DNA of 64,000 nucleotides from the NCBI GenBank assembly GCA_000708835.1, contig DF237037.1, forward strand, positions 151,988 through 215,987, read 5' to 3'. Position 1 is the first letter of the stretch. Each line of letters opens with the position of its first letter. The stretch is from Klebsormidium nitens (Eukaryota; Plantae; Klebsormidiophyceae). The position numbers were made by a program, and so were the translations under genes. This document shows, piece after piece, positions 35,873-47,371 of this stretch. The notes beneath the pieces were generated by a model. That model saw nothing but the letters and a program-made list of their open reading frames with translations, was not told where the DNA came from and made no database searches.

Positions 35873-38800
35873 TCACGCTTGCTTGTCAATGTCAAGAGTG
35901 ACGAGAGCGATGAAAGCAACCGCACGCGCGAGCAAGCCGTAGGCAACTAGAATGGCGATGGAGGATCCAAAGTCGGACATCCCGAAGCCCGCCTTCTCCA
36001 TCATCGCGCAACGCGTTAGCAGCCAAACGCCCGAGTACCTGGGGGCGCAGACGTCAGAGTGAATGGGTGCTTTCAAGAGTTTCTTTGAGTCTTGAAAGCA
36101 CTGACTCCAAATGGTTGGTGTTTCTGATATAGGCTTCTGTCTTACGTGGTAAAGAGGCGCATACGAATTGATTAGAGGGTAGAGAGCTCTAAAAGCTCCT
36201 GTGCTTAGGTTGATTGCTGCAAGCCTAACCAATGTTCGTTGCTCCTGTGCCGCATGTCTTCCTCTGTGATGATATAGCGAGACCATGCACTTTGCCTCTA
36301 AGTTGTGCTGAATTTCGGTCAGAAAGAACGACTTGGTCATGTAGATTGACTCAACCTGGATAACCAACAGTGCCCTTGGTTCACGGTTGGAAGTCAAGGA
36401 GTACCGAACTCGCCTTCTGTCTTTCCTTCGCGACGAGTCAACTGCAACTAAACCTTGCCAAGCAGAACACATGCCTGCAACGATGTACTTCGTGAAAACA
36501 AACAAGAACAGCACGTCCTTACCTTTTTGCATTGGCCAAGAAATAGGCCCTGCCGGCATAGTAGGCGTAGCTCGCCTTAGCCAAGACCCCGGCCGTCCCC
36601 CGGGGGTTCTCCCGGCCGCCCAGAAGCAGGGCAACGAGCGCGGTCATGGCTGCGCTCTGCACCCAGGGGAAAAGATCATCGGGTTATAATTAACCGTAAA
36701 ACTTATTGTAAGGTTGGTCTCTGTTGGCGTGACAAGCGCCCAGTTCAAACGGGGTTCTTCCGGCCGGCCAGAAGCAGGGCAATGAGCGCGGTCATGGCGG
36801 CGCTCTGAAACCAGAAGATATGTTATCGGATTATATCACAATTGCAAAATTCATCAGAAGGTTAGTCTCTGGTTTGAGTGACGAAGCGCCCAGCTCGAAC
36901 GGGGGTTCTCCCGAACGCCCAAAAGCAGGGCAACAGCGCGGTCATGGCTGCGCTCTGCACCCGGGGGAAACGATCATCGGGTCATATAACGATAGCAAAA
37001 CCTATCAGAAGGTTAGTCTCAGCTTGGCGCGACGAGCCGCAGAGCGGAGCAGGGGGACGGATGCTCGGTCTCCTTGACTTACTGTTTCTTTGTTCCAAGT
37101 GTGTGGGGTCAGTTGCTTTCTCTAAGCTGCTTCCTTCTGGAAACGAGGTAAGATGCAAAGGAGTGGGCACTGGCAAGGCGACTGCAGGGCCACTAAGAAA
37201 GCAGAAGGCCTCGCCCGTTTTTTTTCATGTAATTCCCTTATAGCTTACAATCACATATTCCTTGCGCTGAGACAGGGTCATCTGATTAACGACAAAAGCT
37301 GATCAAGAAACACCGAAGCAGCAGGTTTCGAAACTTTCAAAATATACATAAAGCGAACGGTGCGTGCACCTGAAACGCACGGGATGATCTACGCCAAGCA
37401 GAGCGCGCAACTTCGTAGCAGCACACGCCTTGTGCCAAAAAGGAGCGCTCGGTGTGCGAGCTCCAGAAAGCGCGCGGACATCGCGCGCGCACAGGGGGGT
37501 TCTCTCACCAGCTGCGCCGATGCGGGCTTGAAGACGATGGACAGGACGTAGCCGATCCCGGTGCAGCAGTAGGAAAGCGCGAGCGTGACCACGATGTTGT
37601 CGTGGAACGTGGAGCGCATCTGGAACAGCAGAATTGACGTGATCACGCAAAGCCGAACCTTTTTCCCTGGTTTCGTTCGCTCAGCTTCTCTCGATATTCT
37701 GATCATCAAGTCGTATCTCCGTAGCCAAAGCTACGGATGCTCTGATCTGAAGCCCGTTTTGCCGTCAGGAAGGGGAAACGTCCCTGCTGACGTCAGAAGT
37801 GCCGGCTACGGGAACTGGTCATCTCCAGTGTAAGGTCCAACACCACGAGCACCGCCAGGATAATCAAGTCAAGGATTGCGCTGAGCTCGATTTTCTAGTG
37901 AAACGACAGGAAAGAACGGTGCACTCAGAGATAGGACGTACGAACTGAAACGACTCATCCCATAAAACCATTCAGCTAACACATCTCGCCAGTGGATTCG
38001 CCAAATACCGGATTTTGATCGCCTCCGGTTTGACGGACGGTCTGAGAGAAAGTCCGCGGCTCACGTTCTTGAAGTAGTAGAAGATGCTCATGTAGACGTA
38101 GCTCTTGCCCAGGGTGTGAACGTGGTCGCTCGCGTCTTTGGCCAGGAAGTAGGCGGGCCTGCTCACACCAGACGCACTCTCGCGCCAAAAGTTGAGCTTG
38201 TCCGCGCCGAACGTCCGCAGCACGCCCAGCTTGCTCAGCAGCGCTGCAGAAAAGGAGAACTTATGAGCCCCGCTTGGCGCTTATGAGACTCCGGGCTGCG
38301 CTTATAGCTCTCGGCAGGCGTTTATAGCTCCCGGATGACGGGTATGGGCTCCCGGAGGCGCTTATGAGCTTTTTTGGACGGCCCAATGCGCACCAGGTAA
38401 CTCAGACCCAGGAGAGGGTTGACTAGGAGAGGGTTGACTGCAAGGGTGCGGAGAGTAAGACAGCCGTTTCCGAATGTTTCAGGAGGAGCTCCGGGCAAGT
38501 CGTTCGTCTAATCCGAAAGGTTTGGGGTCAGAATGGCCAACGTGAGTACTACGGTCGACGAGTCGGAATCCTTGCCGCAGGAATTGACAAATATGGCTGG
38601 AGTGCACATTATGGTCTCTAAACTCGACGACAAAAAGCTGCGGAAGGCGGCCTTGTCTTCTTTGTGCACTCTTGATTGAAAGCTCTAAACATTCACGTAC
38701 GCCTCATCAAAGCGAACCTGGTAAGTCAAAGAGATGAAGAGCCTTTCCAGCCAGAGTGATGTCGGTTGTCACGATCAGAACAGCAATAAAAATATCGTGT

Positions 38801-41800
38801 AAGTCCCTATTCTAGGCTTAGAAAACTCCTTGCTCAAGCCTTGTCGCAGAATTGCAGCCTGTCTTCGAAACAGGAAAGAGCATACAATATGCCAAAGGTC
38901 TTACCAAGAGACAGTATCGATTCTTGGATTAGCGTCGAGCCACCGAGGAAACTATCAGAGTACTTAAGAATCAAGCCCATGAAGGCGGCCACAGTCGCGA
39001 CGATGACGTAGTCTTGCAACAGCTGGCTGCTGTCACGCACCTGCTGCTTCAGAAGCCTGCAGAAGGATTGAAAGAGACTCTTCGCACAAGGCACAGACTT
39101 CAACGCTCCGCATGGTCTCTCACTTTGCATTCTGGTCTGCCTCGACAGCGGTGTGCATTTTCCACAGGCTGTCAGCGACGGGTGGACTCTGCCGTATGAT
39201 TATGGTGGATTTGAGTGCGGAGCGCGTGGGCATGTACAGGGCACATAAATGCATCTCGGTTCATACGTTCGTAGTCTCTGCATCGTAGCTTATACACTGG
39301 CTGTAAGGCACACACGAATTACTTCTTTCGGTCTTTTCCAAAGTCCTTCTGAGAAAGGGTTCAATTGCAATGAATGCGCTTTTCCGATCCGAAGTCAACC
39401 TGCGCCATGAGGGTCGACACGGTCTTACTTCCGATGCATACCAAGAACCTGCTAATCTCGTTATACCTTAGCAGAATGAGCAGGAACTGCGTCCGGAACC
39501 CTGGCGTCTTTCTTCCCGGCGGTACAACCGGCCGTCGCTCCCCAACCGCCCCAAGCAGCGACGCGGCCGCGTTTCGGCGCCCTCTCAGAACCCCCCAAAA
39601 CCTGTCGGCGAGCTTCCCGGCCCCGCTGCATGTCGTCACTTTCGGGGGGACCGAGTCTATATCCTTTTCCGGGGGGTCCAGGGCAATTTGTTGCTGCCGC
39701 CACAGCTGCGGCAAGTCGCTCGGGAGGACCCCCCGGGTGCTCTCGACAAGATCGGACATGACGTTCCTGAAGAGAAATACTCGATGTGTCAATGTCGAAG
39801 CGAGGACTTTGCCAATCCAGGAGAGCTTCTCTTGGATATGTGTTCAGAATCCGTGTTCGTTTGCCTTCGTAACTCATTTGGATTGTCATGCTCCGCTTTG
39901 CTGATCCAAGGAATTCTTTGCGCTTGAAGGTTCTTTGAGTGTATCGATCCTTAAGCGATCATTGACCTGGGGAGCCAGATTAAAGTGCTTGGAAGTGGTT
40001 AGACACAGCCCACATGCTTTTAAGGCCTCGCAGGAATGCGAAGTAGACCTTAAAGCCAATTTGATTTGGTACCAACTTCCTGAACAATCTTTTTCTCAGA
40101 TGTGTAACGACGGAGTCCAAAAGAGATTTCATGAACATTGTTCACGTAACGTGGACAAAAAGCGGAAGCGGGGCTTACATGAAGTGGTCTGCCGGGTTCA
40201 TGCGGTGCGGAACAGGAAAGCCAAGCCCGTCAAAGTAGGGTTCCACTTCCGGCATCGGTCCAAGGTACACCAGGCCCTTGTTCAGCAGCAAAACGTCGTC
40301 GAACAGACTCAGAAGCTCGTAACTGCGCGAGGTGACTCGGGTCGTTAAGAACGCGCTGAACTTGTGGATGCAGGCTTTAAGGTGCTTGGATTTTCTGGGC
40401 ACTTATTCGTGGTTAAAAATAGAGGGCCTGCTGAGCGCTTTTATATTGGTAAGTCTGATGAGGGTTTTGTCCCCTTTTCTTCTCACACAGTTAACGTGCT
40501 CCGAGAAAAATCTAGGATCGGACAGGTATCTCGACGTTGTGCAGAAGCCAGGTGCTCCTTATGGCGATCACGAAGGTGGTGAGGTGACACCACCTAAGAA
40601 GCGGTGATAGCGCCGAGGTAGAGCGGTCTGCCGCACGAGGAAGCGGGAGGCTTTGGAAACTAACCTCGGTTGGTGGATGACTGCCGCTGCATTCAACCCC
40701 TTCTTTGCCTCCTTTTTCAACGCGTGCAACATCTGAAGCGACGATACGCTGTCCAACCCGGACGTAGGCTCTGCAGGAAAACAAACCGGGTCAGCCTCGG
40801 GAGAATAGCACTAGGCGTTGACTAAAGAAGTCTGCACTTCTATAGCTCCTGCGACGTTCTGACGTTCAGGGCCGGGCGAAGGCACAACTATTGCAACTGT
40901 ATCAGACTCTCTGCTCAGAATCAAAAGCAGCTAGAAGAGAGAAAAAGAGACGGTCTGCTTCTGTAGCCGACAAAGAAACTTCGATGCACATGTCTTGTTG
41001 GAAATCCAAGGAGCTGAGCCGACTCAATCACCGATACCACCTGCTGCCTCTCTTCCCTCCAGCAGCCCTCTTTGGTCGAAGAACATAGAAACTGCCTTTA
41101 CGGGAGTATCAACTCCAGCCACACTATAAATCAATAGCCGGATTAAGATCGTTTGCTGAGGCCATTTTGATTTCAGAAATTCAGCTTTTAAGATCAAAGT
41201 GGTCTGACACAACGTTTAAGACCAAAAATAGCCTGAAAACCTGAATAGGTTTAAGATCGAAGTGGCCTCACAACGATCTTGAACCGGGCTATCATTTATA
41301 GTGGCCACAGGGACAATTGTAAACCTAGATAGGGACGGTACGAAGGCTCACCGTCCAGTAGAAGAAGACTCGGCTGCGCCACCATTTCCAGCCCCACGCT
41401 GACCCGCTTCCGCTGGCCGCCGCTCACTCCGCGCCGCTCGACGCTGCCCACCAACGAGTGGCGCACCCCTTGAAGGCCCAGCGTGCGCAACACGTGCTCC
41501 ACGATCTCGCTCCTTTGCTGGCGGGATGCGTGGGCTGGGAGCCTGAAGGGGAAGAAACATAATTTTTAACGTCTTAATTACCCGGCCCTCATAGGCAATG
41601 TCCGACGTTACGTCCACAATCTTGCTGGCGGGATGCGAGTGCTGGGAGCCTGAAGATTGAGAAGAGTACCGTATTGGGTGGCTTGCTTACCGGGCTCTCA
41701 CGGGCGATACGTGATGTCACGGCCTTTGTCGAGGAGCCAGTTGTACAAAGCACTACCAAAAAGTTATTTCTAGCAACTCTGTTGCGCTCCGGCTCTTGAT

Positions 41801-44800
41801 TCAAGGAGCAATTTGTGGTGGCAATAACGCCAGTGGTCTCACAGTCAGGTCGTCTTTAACACCCACGACGAAAACACCATTCTTCTATCGCTCACCTGTA
41901 GCTGGCGCTGAACCAGATGTTCTCTTCGACGGTAAGGCTCCCGTGGACCACGTCATCTTGCGGAACGAACCCCAGGATCTTCCGCAAACTGCGAGTATGT
42001 TTTCGGCCGTTGATCTCGATCGTCCCGCGCATCCGGCAGTGCGTCTCTTTCCCTGCCAGAGCGTGAAGCAGAAGCGACTTGCCGGCACCAGACGGCCCCT
42101 GCAACCGGAACGAATTTCTTCATTCTACTTTTGATGACGGTCGTAGGGATGTCCATGGTCCCTGGAAGGTGTTTGAAGCCGACTTGTCTGTCTACAATTG
42201 TAAATAACATCTCACGGATAGTGTGCGGCTAGATTTGGACATGGCCTGGAATATAGAAGGGACTCCAACTTGATCCAAGTGGGTAGCTGAAACGAGGGTT
42301 TGCGTAGGAGCATAGAGACGGTTTTGAGACTAGACCAACTCCCTACGAGTTCCAAGGGAGCCAGCAATCACGCGTGACAGCTAGTAAATGAGTGAATCAG
42401 CAGTTCTCCATACGGATCCTGCCTTGATTCGCTTTCTTGTGTCTCCATCAAACTGACCCGCTCATGTCGACAGACTTGGTCCAGCTATAAGGCTCTTAGG
42501 CTTTGCGCCTTCCGAAGCGCGTTCACTTTGCCCCTGGAAACTCACCATAATGGCGGTCAGGCGCCCCGAGCGCATCTTCCCGCTCACCCCGGCCATCACT
42601 TCTCTTCCCCCGGGCAGAACCATAGTCAGGTCCAAGAACTCTACCTCTACCCGTGGCTGCCCCTTCCAGAACACCTCCCCCGGCGACAACGCCCCCTCTG
42701 TTTCCCCAAGCAGGTCGCCCAAAGCCCCTTTTTCCGGCTCACCCCCCGCCATTAAAAGCTGCTGCGACTCCCCGTCGCCGTCCGATGCCCAGCTCTTTCG
42801 GACGTCGCTGTACGTCCGGATCTGCTCAGACGCCAGCGCGCTTTCGGGGACGCTAACGCTGGTGCGCCGTTTGACGCCGCCCGCCTTGGAAACCCTCTCT
42901 AAACCCTCCGCCGCTTTCTCGCCGTCGGCCGGCATAAGCACTTCTCGCGGCCGCGAATCTCCCGCAAAACCCTCCAAACCCTCCGCTTGCAGCGCGTTTC
43001 CGACGCTTGCGCGCATGTCTTCGTCCGTTGAGAGCCGACTGCTTGTCCGAGGGTTGGTGCCGTTCGAATCCCTAATCTCGCGGACTCCGTTCCCCGACTT
43101 GGATTCCGGCGGAACGCCTGACCTCCACCGTTCCTTGAAGGTCATCAGAGAGACGGCGCGGCGGAGGAGGGACTTCGCCTTGGAAAGACCTTCGGGCCGG
43201 CTCTGGCCAAAAGGATGACCAAGCTCTGAGTTTTCGCAAAAACTATTCAGTCAGACTGTCCCGAAGATGTTCTCTTCTTCTCAAACAGAGCTTACATCTT
43301 TTCATATAATTGGTGACGTGGGTACGTAAGTTTGCTGGTCTTACAATTTGCGTCCCTGATGATGTCACACAGGGTTAACACCCTAACACACACTAAAACC
43401 CTAAGGGTAAGCATTGGGCAAACCCTAAGGCGTTCCGCCATAGCCCACCCGCACCCACCTAACCCCCCAGCTAACCCCACCAAGATAAGTGTTAGCCCTG
43501 TTTGTAACCCGCGATTGCCCCGAGCACCTACCGCACCCGGTTGAACCGACCACATTCTAAAAGTACCGTACCGTACCACTGATATCGCTGATGTCATCGA
43601 TGACGTATTTTGGAGACTAGCAAATTACCTAGTCTGCTGTAATTAATCCACGCTTGGATTGTCACGATTTTATATTTGAAAATATTGTTTGTATCAATAG
43701 ACTCGTCTCATCCACCTTACCCCTTTCGCCTGTTTCTTAGAAGGTCAGCGGACGCTCCCTTCAGCGGATGACAACAACTTATCACGTAATCTCGGCAGGA
43801 TATGTCTACGCACGCTCTGCTTCTCGACAGCGCACAGACGACATCAGTGAAAGGATGGCTGCAACGACTGTCGGAGACTTCTCAGAAAAATGCGGTGACT
43901 TACTAGATGGTCGATTTTGCACCGCCAAATGTCATCGATCCCCTTCAGGATGGCATAGAAAAGGACCATACCACCCGCAGTCAGTCCCATCACAAAGTGC
44001 TTTGCGTGGACGTCGCTGCTGTTGGGACCACAGGTCTGGAGAAGTCCGCACTCTGCGAAAGCGGGAGAAAAGTCCGCTGTGTCTTATCCGCAAAGCAGCC
44101 ACTCGTCAGATTGGATCGCATTTGGACAGGTGAATAGTGTGTCGTCACCCGTGAGGTTGGCGCAACAAAGAGGCGGCTATCAGCAGTAATCGCAAAGATC
44201 ATGTCACAAGAGCAGCCTTTTGTATTTGAGAAGTTGTCTGGAGCGAAGCTGCCAGGCTAGATCAGCCATTTTTGCACTATCCCTGCTGGTCCGACATATA
44301 TCCTGAGCAGGATTGAGATTCTTTCTGATCAGAAGCGGTGGTCTCAGTGAATGCATCCTTCATCCTCTAACCAGATTGCCAGCATTCAAAGACTTGGAGC
44401 TGTCTCTAGCTTGGCTCCACAAGAGCGGTTGCTTTTCTGACACGTTACACCAAACCTTACGCGGCCGACCTTTCGACTTTCTCGACAAATCAAGCATGAA
44501 ACTAGAGGACCTTCCAGAGCTTAAAGCCCCTCAAACAGGAAGACCGCGGGAGCCAAAACGCCTTGAAAGACCCCGCTTACTCTTAGGCGCCTGGGAGCCT
44601 CTTGGGCAGTAGTGCCCCGGAGGGCAAGGGACCGGCCAGTCCGTCATCGTTGGGCAGTAGTACCTGAATAGTGAAGCATAAGACTTTTGGTTTCTAGATA
44701 CGCGACTGAAAGCCACAACAAAAAAACAAAAAGGACACAGCGCCAGCAGAGCAAGAGCAGAAGGTCCTTTGCAATCAGATCTCCACTTAATAATAATGTT

Positions 44801-47371
44801 CAAGACCTCAATTCATCCCTTGAAGAATGGGGGCTGACGGGGAGCAGATCTCTATCTCTTCACGTCGTAGCTCGGCTCGACAAAGGATTGCACTTAGCTT
44901 CCGACTTCTCACCCGTCCCAGCAGAAGATCTTGTCGTGATCGTGCGACACAGCGACGCCCCAAACGTCGGCCCCGCCGCAGGTGCCCTCGTAGGCGTGGT
45001 ACTTGTACGGTTCGCAAAGACTGTACGCGCCCTTGGAGAGAAAGGCGGTCGGGCAGAACGAGCCCCGAGGACACGCTGGAAGGAAGAATTGGACGAGTGA
45101 GCTCAACGAGCTATATGAACGGCTCCTGCTGTTTGCCTTAGAATCATCAGTTTCAGAGTCAAGCATCAGCAGTATGGGTGATTTATCTCGCTGCTTTCGA
45201 TGACAGTGTTGAGGAGTGTACTCGCTGTTCACATGTTACACCAGGCATTCCTTTGACTCATCCAACCTCGAGCTCGCCACCTGATGGGAGAGGTGAAAAC
45301 AGCTTCACCGTGACAGGGAAATTGTTTTTTGCTACCTTTCGGCAGTTTGGACCTCAAGACTAAGGTGAAGCATAATCAGAAGCAAACTTGTCACTCTACC
45401 ATGATTGTACAGGGGGCCAGATTTTGTTAGAGTCTTGCCTTTCAGTTCGGGAGTTTCGAGCCTGCCGATCCATCTCTGCAACGACTAGCTCCGGAATGCA
45501 ATCAAGAGAAACTGGACCCTCTTCAGACTGAGCCAAAACAGTCAGGAACACACACAAAGCAAAAGGCCGAGTCGAACTCACGGATCATGCACGCCAGCCC
45601 CTCGGGGCAGAAGAACCCCGGGCAGCACGCCAGCTGATCAATCGGACGGTCACGATCTGTTCTCCAAGGAACTTCTCTCTCCTGGTGAAAGTCCATTGGG
45701 GAGGGGTCTTGTACGGTGAAGCTTGCATAACCGGGGTAGCAGCCTTTGAGGCGGCGGCCGGGGTATTCCTGGCAGTTCTTGGTGGGGCCGACTGGGAACT
45801 GGCCCAGGGTTCGTAGGTAGAGTATTACTTCGGCCTTGGTGCAGAGCCGCTGGTGCAGGAGGCCTGCAGGGAAGAGATGTGAATAAGGACTCGTGCGAAC
45901 ACGATTCAGTGTGAATAAGCTTGGTTTATCACAGATCAGACGCAGGTTGATGATGCTAATGCAACCAGAGGTGATTGATACAGGGAGAGTGCTGAAGTTG
46001 CTGGAGATATGAAGCAACAGTGCATTCAACCGAAGGAAGGGACGATCAGGGAGGCAGACGTGATTAAAAGAGGCACTACTTATCCTGCTCGTGATCAGCC
46101 CTGAGGTCGTTTAGAAGCAGAAATATGTGCAGCGACAGGAAAGCATATGGATCAAGAAGGCAAAAAGGATGTCAAGGAGTCCAGCAAACTTCTTGTTTCG
46201 TAGAGCATAAAGATCACGCAGTAAGAATGCAGTGCAAACAACTGACCATTCTGCTCGCACGAGGAGACGATGGCGTTTGTATCACTGCGGGGCACGCCTG
46301 TGTACGTGAGCTCCACATCCAGCTCCCTGCATGTATAAAGAAGTGCTTCAAATTTTTTGTAACACAACCTTGTAGTAGTATCCCTGAAGTATGAGAACAC
46401 ACACAGGATCAAACACACACCTCCTTGCACAGGCTTGCAGCTTCTGATGGAAGACTTGACCACAGCATCATTCCCATCAGCAGAATCTGTCAGAGGATGG
46501 CGTGGCAAAAATGGCTTCAAGACCTCTCACAAAAGCTGCTAACAAGAATTTTTTTTTTGCAACCTCTTTGTGCTCTCTGTATTCTTTCTGCTGAAGAGAA
46601 CAATCGTTACTACATTATGTGCATTTTTTATACAGCAGCTTCCAACAGTCTTCCTTGACCGAACTATGGTCATCAACCCGGAGGAAGGCAAAAAAAGGTC
46701 TTGACTCACGCATTCCCTATGCAGTCCATCTTGCCAAGCGCATCAATGTAGGAATGGTAGATCATTCTCAAATTGCTGGTGGTGGCGTTCAACACATCCC
46801 ATGATGGTGGCGCAAACTTGGTCAAATTCCTCAGCCCGAGGTTGTCTACGGTTAGGTTAATGCTGGTTAGGTTACCCAGGGTCACACTGTGATTTCTCAG
46901 GAATTGCTGCGCGGATTCATTCAAGCTGGAAAAAGTGCTGTTGTTGAGCATCTGAGCTTCAATTGGCGCAAGGGTTACGTTTGCTATGGCTGACACTGTG
47001 TCTTCAGTAATGTTGCTGAAAACCTGGAGACTATCAAGCTGTGTCAATTGACCAACCGCATGTGGTTCATGGGAAGAAGCCACGTTGCTGGGACTGCTCT
47101 GCACCCCTCCCACTGACTGATCTGCAGCATCAGCCGGCATTTGCAAGGGCCTCGCTTCAAATAATGCATACTCTGCGCTTGCCGCATCCCCCGAGGCGCT
47201 GCTCCCGGTGCTCCTCTTTGAGTTTGAAGCATCTTGCGGGGTGGTATGCGCGGAGGTGACGCTCATGAATAGAAGCAGCACCAATAAATGCACAGAAGCA
47301 GGACCTGCCCTTTTTAGTGATGCGCCGCGCCTGATTAAACCCATGGTGCGTTTGTACAGCATCTGTTCCAT
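35873..47371 (-). CDS. ABC transporter G family half-transporter of the ABCG24/ABCG28 type with N-terminal Cys-rich extracellular domain, ~1270 aa, 17 exons
   Basis: Exons 47371-46710, 46383-46247, 45863-45582, 45075-44913, 44663-44581, 44052-43904, 43202-42546, 42098-41896, 41542-41352, 40770-40665, 40322-40179, 39766-39467, 39056-38905, 38243-38065, 37619-37509, 36656-36523, 36038-35873; phases all join (3819 nt). Walker A GPSGAGKS, signature [12 protein letters not shown], Walker [53 protein letters not shown]. Exact start ATG uncertain. Confidence 0.93.
36725..36995 (-). repeat. Two ~150-bp echoes of ABCG exon-16 acceptor
   Basis: cag/agcgc(a/c)gccatgaccgcgct..tgccctgctt.tgg..g..cgg.agaacccc with acceptors at 36955, 36805 and the functional 36657. 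Confidence 0.92.
38260..38372. repeat. ~20-bp minisatellite (6 units) in an ABCG intron beside the exon-14 acceptor
   Basis: ttat(g)agc.cc.gg...gcgc units, e.g. cttatgagccccgcttggcg, cttatgagactccgggctgcg, cttatagctctcggcaggcg. Confidence 0.75.
41611..41660 (-). repeat. Echo of ABCG exon-9 acceptor
   Basis: cttcag/gctcccagcactcgcatcccgccagcaa versus cttcag/gctcccagcccacgcatcccgccagcaa. Confidence 0.88.
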
